Source of the DNA: Nitrosopumilus sp.
GTDB taxonomy: Archaea; Thermoproteota; Nitrososphaeria; Nitrososphaerales; Nitrosopumilaceae
Assembly: GCA_965205215.1 (NCBI GenBank)
Contig: OZ242041.1
Coordinates: forward strand, 768,001-832,000
Length of the DNA stretch: 64,000 nucleotides
Direction: 5' to 3'
The translations under genes were made by a program, and so were the position numbers. Every line of letters begins with the position of its first letter. Position 1 is the first letter of the stretch. The notes beneath the pieces were generated by a model. The model saw only the letters and a program-made list of their open reading frames with translations, did no database searches and had not been told where the DNA came from. Shown piece after piece: positions 50,136 through 59,532 of the stretch.

Positions 50136-52034
50136 ATGGGCGCGGGATGCGGCACGAAGACGGCCCCTGCGGCCGCCGCTACGGCAGTCTCCGTAGCCCT
50201 TCTCTTTACTGCCGCCGCCTTTACCGCCGAGCCGGCCCACGCCGCCGGGCCGTACGCGCAGGCCGACTATCCGGCACTGGGCGTCCGCGTCCAGACCGTC
50301 GCGGACGGGCTGGCCGTACCCTGGAGCATCGACTGGCTTCCGGACGGCACCGCCATATTCACCGAGAGGGGCGGCACTGTCAGCGTCATAAGGGACGGCC
50401 TGCAGGAGCCCGAGGCCGTGCTGTCCGTCGCCGCGGGGGGAGGGGCGGAGGCCGGCCTGCTGGGAGTCGCAGTCGATCCGGACTTTGAGGAGAACGGGTA
50501 CGTCTACCTGTACTACACCTACGTTGATCTCTTGTCGCCCCCCTACAACAGGATAGAGCGCTATACGTATCACGACGGTTCTGACGGTAGCGGCGGGGAC
50601 GCCACCGCCGCCTCGCCGCGGCTGGACGACGCGCACGTCATACTTGACCGCATACCGGCAAGCTCCTGGCACGACGGGGGCAGGATACAGTTCGGGCCCG
50701 ACGGCATGCTGTACGCGGCCACGGGTGACGCCATAGTTCCGGAGCTGTCGCAGGACGCATCGTCGCTTGCCGGGAAGATACTGCGCATGGACCGCGACGG
50801 CGGGGCGCCCGCCGACAACCCGTGGGAGGGCTCGCTCGTGTACTCGATGGGCCACAGGAACCCGCAGGGCATGGACTGGGATCTCGACGGGCGCATGATC
50901 ATAACGGAGCACGGGCCGTCCGGGCGCCTGGGGGTGGGGCACGACGAGATAAACGTGATTGCAAAGGGCGGGAACTATGGCTGGCCCGTCGTAATTGGTG
51001 ACAGTACCAACAACAACAACAACGGTGGCGGCGGAACGCCGTACGAGAACCCCGCGTTCCACACGGGCGGCAGCACGTGGGCCCCGTCGGGCGCCGAGTT
51101 CTACGAGTCCGACGTGATACCCGAGTGGCAGGGCCGCTACTTTGTGGCAACGCTGCTTGGGCGCACCCTCCAGATGGTACAGCTGGGCGCCGACGGCGCG
51201 GTGGTGTCGCACACGCCGCTGTTTGGGGGCGAGTTTGGCAGGCTGCGCGACGTCCAGACGGGCCCCGACGGGCACCTGTACGTGCTCACAAGCAACAGGG
51301 ACGGCCGGGGGGCCCCGGTTCCGGAGGATGACCGCATACTGCGCATCGAACCGCTGTACGAGGCGGCGCACGGCGGCAGCAGCGGCGGCGCGGCCCCGGA
51401 GCAGCAGCTTCGCGTGCTCACGTATGACGGCCCGGAGACTGCCGATACGGGTCAGCTGACGGCCGCGCTGAGGCATCCGGGGTATGATGTCTCGTCCCTC
51501 ACATTTGACATAGAACAGAAGAGCTTGGACTTTGGGTTTGCCAAATCCGACACGGACAGCGGCCACGGGCATGCGGGCTCGTCCCTCTCCCTGTACGTGC
51601 AGAGGCCGCTGGTCTCGGCCCCCTTTGAGGTCGTGATATATGACGAGTCCGGGGACATGGTGCCCGTCTCGGAGGCCTCCGGCCATGCCGGCTATCTGGA
51701 TAGCAGTGACGACAATAGCAACAACGGCGCGACGGATCCCGTGGCCGCCTATGCGGTACGGCACGGGCCGGACCACTATGTCATAACGGTTGGCACGGGA
51801 CTGGAGAGCGGGCGCGTTGCGATAATCGGGGAGCACGTGGTGCCGGAGTATCCGAGCGCGATACTCGTGATGGCCGCGGCCGCAGTTGCCGTCGTCGCGA
51901 CCATTGTCCTTGCCGCGGTAGCCCCGCAGTCGCTGGCGCACGGCGCGCTGCGCGCCGCGCGCAGCGCGGGCGCGCGCCCAAGCTACGGCCCGTCGGCCGC
52001 CGCGCCGGCAAGCCCGATGGCCTCTCCAAAGTAG
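50136..52034 (+). CDS. PQQ-dependent sugar dehydrogenase (sGDH family) with PEF-CTERM-like anchor
   Basis: PW...TERGG, GLLG...PDF, HDGGRI.FGPDG.LY, GHRNPQG, GRLRDV; VVPEY plus TM. Confidence 0.9.
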   Translation: MGAGCGTKTAPAAAATAVSVALLFTAAAFTAEPAHAAGPYAQADYPALGVRVQTVADGLAVPWSIDWLPDGTAIFTERGGTVSVIRDGLQEPEAVLSVAAGGGAEAGLLGVAVDPDFEENGYVYLYYTYVDLLSPPYNRIERYTYHDGSDGSGGDATAASPRLDDAHVILDRIPASSWHDGGRIQFGPDGMLYAATGDAIVPELSQDASSLAGKILRMDRDGGAPADNPWEGSLVYSMGHRNPQGMDWDLDGRMIITEHGPSGRLGVGHDEINVIAKGGNYGWPVVIGDSTNNNNNGGGGTPYENPAFHTGGSTWAPSGAEFYESDVIPEWQGRYFVATLLGRTLQMVQLGADGAVVSHTPLFGGEFGRLRDVQTGPDGHLYVLTSNRDGRGAPVPEDDRILRIEPLYEAAHGGSSGGAAPEQQLRVLTYDGPETADTGQLTAALRHPGYDVSSLTFDIEQKSLDFGFAKSDTDSGHGHAGSSLSLYVQRPLVSAPFEVVIYDESGDMVPVSEASGHAGYLDSSDDNSNNGATDPVAAYAVRHGPDHYVITVGTGLESGRVAIIGEHVVPEYPSAILVMAAAAVAVVATIVLAAVAPQSLAHGALRAARSAGARPSYGPSAAAPASPMASPK

Positions 52035-52528
52035 TATCCCGCCAGTATGGTCGCGCACGCCCAGACCGCCGAGCCCGCGTACGTGTATGTGACGAACTTG
52101 AGCGCCCTCATCTTGAACAGTCCCGCCGGTATGGATATCATCTCCCTCATGACGGGCATCATCCTGCATATGAACACGGTCTTGTCGCCGTGCCTCTCAA
52201 ACCATTTCTCGACGCGCTCTAGCTTCTCCTCCGATATGCGGAGGCGCCCGAGGTACCTGAGCATCACGGCCCTGCCGAGCTTTAGCGCCACCGCGTATAT
52301 GGCAGTGGAGCCTATCGTGGCGCCCGCGGCCCCCAGCATGACGAGCGGGATGAGGCCCTCCGGCGGAATGCCGTTTTGCGACGCGATGAATCCTGCCGTC
52401 GGAAACACGGCAAGCGTCGGGACGGGCGGCACGATGGTCTCTATCAGGGCGGCCAGAAATATGCCCTCGTACAGGTGCCCGCCGAGAATCTCCGCAATCC
52501 ATGCAAGGAACTCCTCAAACGGCTCCAT
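51983..52528 (-). CDS. DedA family membrane protein
   Basis: ETIVPPVP, WFERHG, CRMMPVMR..ISIPAG. Confidence 0.9.
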   Translation of the reverse strand: MEPFEEFLAWIAEILGGHLYEGIFLAALIETIVPPVPTLAVFPTAGFIASQNGIPPEGLIPLVMLGAAGATIGSTAIYAVALKLGRAVMLRYLGRLRISEEKLERVEKWFERHGDKTVFICRMMPVMREMISIPAGLFKMRALKFVTYTYAGSAVWACATILAGYYFGEAIGLAGAAADGP

Positions 52529-52614
52529 GCTGTGCGGCACCTGTGCCTCACTAACTACCTTTCCGATCCCAGAATGGGACAATCTGCTATATATGGAGAG
52601 GACGTCGTGACCGC

Positions 52615-53166
52615 ATGGGAGCAAAAAAGCTCGCCGCGATTGCAGCGATCGTCATCGTAGGGGCGGGGGTAGGCTACGCCGTGTCCCCGTATTTCACGGA
52701 GTCTACAATCGACGAGCCGATGCCGCAGGGCGTGACAGTGATGCCGCCCGCGGAGCCCGCCGTTCCGGTTGTTGGCGGTGGTGGCGACGACGGCGACAGC
52801 AGTAGTGCAGGCCCGTCCGATCCGCAGGATGTGATGACCCCCGTATCGTACGCCGGGACCTTTGTCGGGGTGGGCGACGGGATACACGATGCCGGCGGGA
52901 GCGCCTACACGATCCCCCTTGGGGACGGCAGCAACGTCCTGCGCCTGGAGGACTTTTACTCTACAAACGGCCCGGGTCTGCGCGTCTACCTTGCCACCGA
53001 CACGGAGGCCACGGACTACATGTCCCTGGGCGACCTGAAGGCAAACCGCGGAAACCAGAACTATGAGATTCCGGAGGGGCTCGACCTTGACAAGTACAAC
53101 CACGTGCTGATATGGTGCGAGCCATTTAGCGTCCTGTTCGGGAGCGCGGAGCTCTCCGCCCGGTGA
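52615..53166 (+). CDS. DM13 domain membrane-anchored protein
   Basis: GTF.G..H.A.G, NGPGLRVYL, LKAN.GNQNY, IWCEPF.VLFG. Confidence 0.9.
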   Translation: MGAKKLAAIAAIVIVGAGVGYAVSPYFTESTIDEPMPQGVTVMPPAEPAVPVVGGGGDDGDSSSAGPSDPQDVMTPVSYAGTFVGVGDGIHDAGGSAYTIPLGDGSNVLRLEDFYSTNGPGLRVYLATDTEATDYMSLGDLKANRGNQNYEIPEGLDLDKYNHVLIWCEPFSVLFGSAELSAR

Positions 53167-53221
53167 CACCCCGGCTTTGCCGCGCGTGAGATGTTAATAG
53201 TGGCACCGTTCAGGCAACCGC

Positions 53222-53704
53222 GTGGAGCGAGGCTACCGATTCTTGGAGCACGCCACCGACGCGGTTGTCGAGGCGGAGGGGAAGAGCATGCGGGAGGCCT
53301 TTGCCGCGGCCGCCGACGCGACGGTCGACCTGACGCTTGACCCGGGCTCGGTGGCCGAGGACGGCCATATGGAGATAAGGGCGGAGGGCGAGGACCTGTC
53401 GTACCTCTTGTACAGCTGGCTTGAGGAGGTAATATTCGCGCTGATAACGCGCGGGTTTGCGATAAGGCGTGTCGAGATTGACGAAGAAGCGTCGTCTGAC
53501 CTGGACGCCGCGGCCGCCTCTGGTGGTGATGATGGCAGCGACAGTGCCGCGGAGCCCCTCGCCATACGCGCAAGGGCCTACGGCGAGCCGCTTGACCTGA
53601 AACGGCACGGGTTCAAGCTGGAGATAAAGGCGCCGACCTTTCATGAGATGAGCATCAATAGGTCGGAGGCTGGCGCGTCGGTGCGCTTTCTGCTTGATCT
53701 GTGA
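53222..53704 (+). CDS. archease
   Basis: YRFLEHATD, EIKAPTFH, terminal LDL. Confidence 0.92.
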   Translation: MERGYRFLEHATDAVVEAEGKSMREAFAAAADATVDLTLDPGSVAEDGHMEIRAEGEDLSYLLYSWLEEVIFALITRGFAIRRVEIDEEASSDLDAAAASGGDDGSDSAAEPLAIRARAYGEPLDLKRHGFKLEIKAPTFHEMSINRSEAGASVRFLLDL

Positions 53705-53778
53705 CCTGCAGACGTGTGCGAATCCCGCGCGCGGCGGCCTGCTCACGCTTTTAAACAGTTAGCGCGAGCATCGAATGA

Positions 53779-55407
53779 ATGCATGCGAGCACCATGCCTA
53801 TGATCGCCGTGGTGGCAGTGGCAGCGATCGCCGCCGCCTGCCTCGTACCGTCCGCCATGCCCGCCCACGCGCAGGCAGCCGGGTCCCCGCCGGTCCCCGC
53901 CGGATTCGTAGAGCCCGGCGTCGACCCCCAGACCTACGTGGACCGCTACCACGCGGAGCCCTCGTACAAGGAGTGGTTTGACAATAACTATTCACAATAT
54001 GACTCGATATACCACGCGGTGGGGCTTCCCGACCCCGACGCGGCACCAGAGCCGGCACCGCCCCCGTTTGCAAGGGATACCGCGGCGCTCGCGCCGTTCG
54101 TCGACCCGACAGTCGACCCCCTTACCTACGTGGAGCGGTACCTCACCGACCCCTCGTACAAGGAGTGGTATGACGCGAACTACCTTGCAGAGTACGGCTC
54201 CATATACGACGCGGTGGGGATTCCAGACCTCGACACGTTTGTAAGCGAGATGACGCCACCACCCCCGTCAAGGGACATCGCGGCGCTCGCGCCGTTCGTC
54301 GACCCGACAGTCAGCCCTTGGACCTACGTGGACCGGTACCTCACCGACCCCTCGTACAAGGAGTGGTATGACGCAAACTACCTTGCAGAGTACGGCTCCA
54401 TATACGACGCGGTGGGGATTCCCGACCCCGACGTGTTTATGGACGAGCCGGAACCGTCCCAGCCCGCAAGGGATCTCTCGGCGCTCGCGCCGTTCGTCGA
54501 CCCGGCAGTCGACCCCAACACCTACGTGGACCGCTACCACACGGAGCCCTCGTACAAGGAGTGGTATGACTCAAACTACCTTGCAGAGTACGGCTCCATA
54601 TACGACGCCGTGGGCATACTTTTGATACCTGCCAGTTTTGTGGACCTGTCAGTCGACCCCCAGACCTACGTGGACCGCTACAACTCGGAGCCCTCGTACA
54701 AGGAGTGGTTTGACAATAACTATTCACAATATGACTCGATATACCATGCCGTCGGGCTGCCTGATCCCACCGGCGGCAGCGGCGGTGTCCCGACCGAGCC
54801 GGAGCTGCCCCCTCCGGTGGTGGCCCCGGGAGTAGAGCTTCCGCCCGGGCTTGAGCTAAAGCCGGGCCAAGAGTACGGCGAGTGCGGCGAGGGGACCGAG
54901 CTTGCCAACGGATACTGCGTCATAATCGGGACCGCGCCGCCCGAGCCTCCGACAACCTCCACGGCCGGCAGTGACGACACGAGGGGTGGAGGATGCCTCA
55001 TCGCGACTGCCGCGTACGGCTCTGAGATGGCGCCCCAGGTTCAGCTGCTCCGGGAGATACGGGACGGCCGGCTCGCGCAGACGCAGGCCGGCTCGTCGTT
55101 TGTGGAGGGGTTCAACGTCGTGTACTATTCGTTCTCGCCGCACGTGGCCGACTATGAGCGCGAGAATCCCGTGTTCAGGGACATGGTCAGGACGCTCCTG
55201 ACCCCGATGCTCTACACGCTGGGCATCATGGATCACGCCGGCTCCGAGTCCGAGGTACTGGCGTACGGCATTGCAGCGCTGCTTGCAATCTTGATGATAT
55301 ACGTGGGGGCGCCCGTACTGGCGGCGTCATTCATGTATCGGTATTACGCGCGATGCCGGGAAGACGGCGCGGTTGCACACGAGAACCATGGGAGGGAGTC
55401 ATGTTGA
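53779..55407 (+). CDS. surface protein with five Tyr-rich repeats and a CFI-box-CTERM domain
   Basis: signal peptide; 5x FVD..VDP.TYVDRY..EPSYKEW.D.NY..Y.SIY.AVG; GGCLIATAAYGSEMAPQVQLLRE.RD; C-terminal TM. Confidence 0.88.
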   Translation: MHASTMPMIAVVAVAAIAAACLVPSAMPAHAQAAGSPPVPAGFVEPGVDPQTYVDRYHAEPSYKEWFDNNYSQYDSIYHAVGLPDPDAAPEPAPPPFARDTAALAPFVDPTVDPLTYVERYLTDPSYKEWYDANYLAEYGSIYDAVGIPDLDTFVSEMTPPPPSRDIAALAPFVDPTVSPWTYVDRYLTDPSYKEWYDANYLAEYGSIYDAVGIPDPDVFMDEPEPSQPARDLSALAPFVDPAVDPNTYVDRYHTEPSYKEWYDSNYLAEYGSIYDAVGILLIPASFVDLSVDPQTYVDRYNSEPSYKEWFDNNYSQYDSIYHAVGLPDPTGGSGGVPTEPELPPPVVAPGVELPPGLELKPGQEYGECGEGTELANGYCVIIGTAPPEPPTTSTAGSDDTRGGGCLIATAAYGSEMAPQVQLLREIRDGRLAQTQAGSSFVEGFNVVYYSFSPHVADYERENPVFRDMVRTLLTPMLYTLGIMDHAGSESEVLAYGIAALLAILMIYVGAPVLAASFMYRYYARCREDGAVAHENHGRESC

Positions 55408-58400
55408 TGAAGGCCGGCCGCAACGGCACTGGGCGGGCCCTGCCGATCCTTGGGAGCTACGCGCTCGCGGCCGCAGTAGTCGTCGCAGTCGCCACGGTCG
55501 CGCTCGCGGCCGCATCACTGACATCCGGCGCCTATGCCGCGCTGGAGTTTGGCCACCTATTTGATGATGAAGACATAGACGGCGGGGCAATCGACGGCCC
55601 CTATGACGTCGCGCTGAGTGAGAATGGTAGGGACGTTTACGTCGTGGAAAAGGACAAGGACCGGATCAGCATATTCTCAAAGGACGGCTCGTTTGACAAG
55701 CGGTTTGGCTCCGCCGGCAGCGGCGATGAGCAGTTCTCCGGCCCGGTATCGATCGTAAGGTATGACCGCGACTTTTTTGTGCTTGACGTGGGAAACAAGC
55801 GGATCCAGGTGGCGGACAAGGACGGCGAATTTACGGACGAAGGGTTCAGCTCAAACAAACTGTTGTCGCCGACGGATATCGCGGTGGACACGGCGACCCA
55901 GAGGGTGTTCATATCGGATGAAAGCGGCGACAGGATACACGTGTTCTCGCTGGACGGCGTGTACAAGTACGACATTAACAAGTTCAACACGACCGGCATG
56001 ACGGATCCCTCGGGGCTTGTAGTAGACGAGATAGGCAGGTATCTGTACGTGTCGGATACCGGAAAGCACCGCATAGGCATATTCAAAATACTGACTGAGC
56101 GGGAAGAGTGCCACAGCTACACGGTGAAGGCGGCCACGGGGATCTGCTACGTGGGGGAGTTCGGCACCGCGGGCGTTCCGGGCACCGCGAACGGCACATT
56201 TAACGGTCCAACCGGGCTCGCGATAGACAAGAAGACCACGCCCAACAGGGGGGAGCTGTACGTGTCAGACACCAACAACGGCCGAATACAGATCTTCAGC
56301 TTCCTTGAGAGGGGGGGAGGCGGGTCGTGCCCCGACGGGACGCAGAACCTGACTGACGTGGTATGCTACGTGGACAAGTACGGCTCTTTAGGCGAGGACG
56401 ACGGCAAGTTCAGGTCGCCGCACGGGATTGCGATCGATACAAAGAACCGGCTGCTGTACGTGGCAGACACCGGCAACGACCGCGTGCAGGTGATAGAGCT
56501 TGACGCGCAGTCCGCCTCTTCATCGTCATCGTCTTCATCGTCTTCATCTTCATCGTCGTCCGGCACTTCCTCCTCCTCCTCCTCTTCCTCCACTACCACC
56601 GTCACAAAGCCGAACTCTCCGCGCAACGTCCAGGCGGTTCCGATCTCCCCGACGTCCATACTCGTCGACTGGGATGAGCCGAGGCCAAGTGGTGATCCCG
56701 TTTTGCCCATAATCGGATACGCTGTAGAGTACAAGTCCAAGGCCGCCACGGGATCCTCCGTGACCGACTTTACGGTGATCACGTCAAAGACCAACACGAA
56801 TGCGACGGCGCTCTACCACACCGACCTTGACCCCGGCACCACCTACACCTACAGGGTCTCTGCCGTCTCTAGCGGCGCGGACGCCGTCAGCACCCCGTCG
56901 GCGCATGCATCGGCGCGGCCTGCGGGTACGGACAGGCCCACCATGGTGGATATCGTGGCGATGTCCCCCACCCATGTAAAGATGACGTGGCTGCCCCCCT
57001 CAGACACGTTCGATCTGCCGATCAACGGTTATGTCGTGCAGGAGAAGATCGGCAGGACCTTTTTCACGGTAGACGACGGCGAGGTGGGCAGGAGCGAGTT
57101 CTCGTTCATGCACAGGGTGGATACGGGCAGGGAGAACTCGTTCCACGTGTACGCCCAGATTGGGCCTGCAAGCACGCCGCCCTCGGATCCCGTCTCGATC
57201 AGGGCGATCGACTCGTCGTTCCATACCGGCGTAATCGAGCCCTATCCGGTGAAGCTTGTGTCGTTGTCGGAGCCCAGCCCACCGATAAAGGTGAGCGCAA
57301 AGCCGGTAAACGACAGGCACATAGAAGTAACCTGGAGCCCGCCCGCCGACGACGGCAACTCGGCCGTCACCGGATACACGGTAGAGGCCAAAAAGAAGGG
57401 CTCGTCCTCGTTCTCGGAGATCGCCAGCAGCGTGACTGGAACAAAGTACGCACACAGGGGACTCGAGCCCGGCTCCGAGTACACCTACCGCGTATACGCG
57501 ACAAACGCACAGGGGACAAGCGGGGCCTCAAACGAGAGCACCGCTGAGGCCCGCATAGTCGGACTGGTGATAAACTCTGTCGGCTCGCTGACAGTCGACG
57601 AGGGCAAGCCGGCGACGTTCATCGTGACTGTGTCCGGCGACGCCTCCTCAGGCGCCGCCCTCTCGCTTGCCAACGAGCCGGAGGGGGCCAGCATCGTGCC
57701 GGGGACGGGGGCCTTTTCATGGACGCCTTCATACGACCAGGGCGGCAAGACGTACACGTTTGACGTTGTGGCGGCCCGGGGCGAGCACAGCGACAAAAAG
57801 ACCGTCCGCATAAAGGTCAACGACGTGCAGGATGTCGATGTGGGACAGCAGCAGCAGCAGCCGCAAACAAGGTCCGAGGCGCCAAGTGACGCGCAGCAGC
57901 CTGACGCCGGCACCGGACTGGCGCCGTTCGTCGACGAGTCAGTCGACCCCCAGACCTACGTGGACCGCTACAACGCGGAGCCCTCGTACAAGGAGTGGTA
58001 TGACGCGAACTACCTTGCAGAGTACGGCTCGATATACGACGCGGTGGGCGCGCTGCAGGTGCCTGCCAGTTTCGTAGACGGGTCAGTCGACCCCCAGACC
58101 TACGTGGACCGGTACAACGCGGAGCCCTCCTTCAAGGAATGGTTCGACGCGCACTACTCGGAGTATGATTCCATATACCATGCCGTGGGACTCGACGATC
58201 CTGCCGCAGCGGACGACACTTCTGGTGGCGCCGTTGGCGGTGATGGTGATGATGGCGCCGACACCACCGAGCCGGCTCTGGATGAAACCGGTGCAGGGAA
58301 GGCACCGGACGAGCCCGCGCGCCCTGACCTCAGGCTTGACGTCCCGCTTGCGCCGTTCGTCGACGAGTCAGTCGACCCCCAGACCTACGTGGACCGCTAC

Positions 58401-58730
58401 AACGCGGAGCCCTCGTACAGGGAGTGGTTTGACCAGAACTATGCGGCCGAATACGGCACCATATACAGGGCGGTAGGACTGTTTGAGATCCCCGCGCCGT
58501 TCGTCGACGAGTCAGTCGACCCACAGACCTACGTGGACCGCTACAACGCGGAGCCCTCGTACAAGGAGTGGTTTGACCAGAACTATGCGGAATACTTCTC
58601 GATATACCACGCCGTGGGGCTGCCGGAGCCCGCCGCGGAGGAACCCGAGCCGCCTGCAAAGCAGTACGGCATATGCGGGCCCGGCACGAAGCTGATCGAG
58701 GGCGTCTGCACGATCGTAAATAATGGATAG
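55401..58730 (+). CDS. secreted NHL-repeat / fibronectin-III / cadherin-like protein with four Tyr-rich repeats
   Basis: signal peptide, NHL (F..P.GIA.D...YVADTGNDRVQ), poly-Ser linker, 3 FN3-like units, Ig/cadherin-like unit (GAFSWTP), 4 repeats. Confidence 0.88.
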   Translation: MLMKAGRNGTGRALPILGSYALAAAVVVAVATVALAAASLTSGAYAALEFGHLFDDEDIDGGAIDGPYDVALSENGRDVYVVEKDKDRISIFSKDGSFDKRFGSAGSGDEQFSGPVSIVRYDRDFFVLDVGNKRIQVADKDGEFTDEGFSSNKLLSPTDIAVDTATQRVFISDESGDRIHVFSLDGVYKYDINKFNTTGMTDPSGLVVDEIGRYLYVSDTGKHRIGIFKILTEREECHSYTVKAATGICYVGEFGTAGVPGTANGTFNGPTGLAIDKKTTPNRGELYVSDTNNGRIQIFSFLERGGGGSCPDGTQNLTDVVCYVDKYGSLGEDDGKFRSPHGIAIDTKNRLLYVADTGNDRVQVIELDAQSASSSSSSSSSSSSSSSGTSSSSSSSSTTTVTKPNSPRNVQAVPISPTSILVDWDEPRPSGDPVLPIIGYAVEYKSKAATGSSVTDFTVITSKTNTNATALYHTDLDPGTTYTYRVSAVSSGADAVSTPSAHASARPAGTDRPTMVDIVAMSPTHVKMTWLPPSDTFDLPINGYVVQEKIGRTFFTVDDGEVGRSEFSFMHRVDTGRENSFHVYAQIGPASTPPSDPVSIRAIDSSFHTGVIEPYPVKLVSLSEPSPPIKVSAKPVNDRHIEVTWSPPADDGNSAVTGYTVEAKKKGSSSFSEIASSVTGTKYAHRGLEPGSEYTYRVYATNAQGTSGASNESTAEARIVGLVINSVGSLTVDEGKPATFIVTVSGDASSGAALSLANEPEGASIVPGTGAFSWTPSYDQGGKTYTFDVVAARGEHSDKKTVRIKVNDVQDVDVGQQQQQPQTRSEAPSDAQQPDAGTGLAPFVDESVDPQTYVDRYNAEPSYKEWYDANYLAEYGSIYDAVGALQVPASFVDGSVDPQTYVDRYNAEPSFKEWFDAHYSEYDSIYHAVGLDDPAAADDTSGGAVGGDGDDGADTTEPALDETGAGKAPDEPARPDLRLDVPLAPFVDESVDPQTYVDRYNAEPSYREWFDQNYAAEYGTIYRAVGLFEIPAPFVDESVDPQTYVDRYNAEPSYKEWFDQNYAEYFSIYHAVGLPEPAAEEPEPPAKQYGICGPGTKLIEGVCTIVNNG

Positions 58731-58807
58731 GCGCATACGCGACAACGGCAACGGCCGCCTGCTGCCCAAACCAGTAGCTTTTAATCACAATGCGTGGCCG
58801 CCGCGTC

Positions 58808-58957
58808 ATGGGCAAGCTCTCAAGGAACCTGCGCATCTGCGGCAACTGCGGAATCGTGTACTCTTCTGTGAGCTTTACCAAGTATATCGACCAGTGCCCC
58901 ATATGCAAGTCGCGGCGGTACGAGCAGATCCCCCTAAAGGATCAGGGTGACGACTAG
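58808..58957 (+). CDS. small zinc-finger protein (49 aa, not in ORF track)
   Basis: MGKLSRNLRICGNCGIVYSSVSFTKYIDQCPICKSRRYEQIPLKDQGDD; TTTTAA about 25 nt upstream. Confidence 0.75.
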   Translation: MGKLSRNLRICGNCGIVYSSVSFTKYIDQCPICKSRRYEQIPLKDQGDD

Positions 58958-58965
58958 GACGGTGC

Positions 58966-59469
58966 GTGGCTGCCATGGCGAGCGGTGCTGGTCCGGACGG
59001 CGGCGGCGACGGCGCGGACGATCCCGAGCTTGAGAGGCTAAAGCGCAAGAAACTGCAGGACATGATAAGCGCGCAGCGCAGCAGGGAGCAGGGACAGCAA
59101 CGACAGCAACAACACCCGGAAACCCCCCGCGGCGTTGCAAGCCTGTCGTCTGCCACCTTTGCAGGCGCGGTGTCCTCCCCCCGCCCGACGCTAGTCGACT
59201 TTTGGGCCCAGTGGTGCGGGCCCTGCAGGGCGATGCATCCGGTATTCGAGGATCTGTCCGGCTCGTACCCCGGCATCGCGTTTGCGCGCGTCAACGTGGA
59301 CGAGTGCCCGGACGTGGCGGCCCGCCTTTCTATAAGCTCGATTCCGACCTTTGTCATGTTCAGGTCGGGCGCCCCGGTGTCCCGCGTGGCCGGCGCGGTG
59401 GGGCGCGACGCGCTCGACTCGATGTGCCGCGCCGCCGCTGCCGCGGCCCGCCCCGGCGATGCGAACTGA
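58966..59469 (+). CDS. thioredoxin with N-terminal helical extension
   Basis: DPELERLKRKKL helix, FWAQWCGPC, SIPT. Confidence 0.9.
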   Translation: MAAMASGAGPDGGGDGADDPELERLKRKKLQDMISAQRSREQGQQRQQQHPETPRGVASLSSATFAGAVSSPRPTLVDFWAQWCGPCRAMHPVFEDLSGSYPGIAFARVNVDECPDVAARLSISSIPTFVMFRSGAPVSRVAGAVGRDALDSMCRAAAAAARPGDAN

Positions 59470-59532
59470 CCGGTATGTCCTGCGCGTGGACGCCCCCGCC
59501 GCACCTGCGACACCCTTCCCTTTCTGGATTCG

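Noticed and set aside
50049-52169. 706-aa - strand ORF (likewise 34890..36875 and 437..1453)
   Set aside because: Antisense to well-supported genes, Arg/Ala/Gly-biased, no motifs
53893-58622. Dispersed repeats as a CRISPR-like or mobile-element array
   Set aside because: They are in-frame protein modules with codon-position variation
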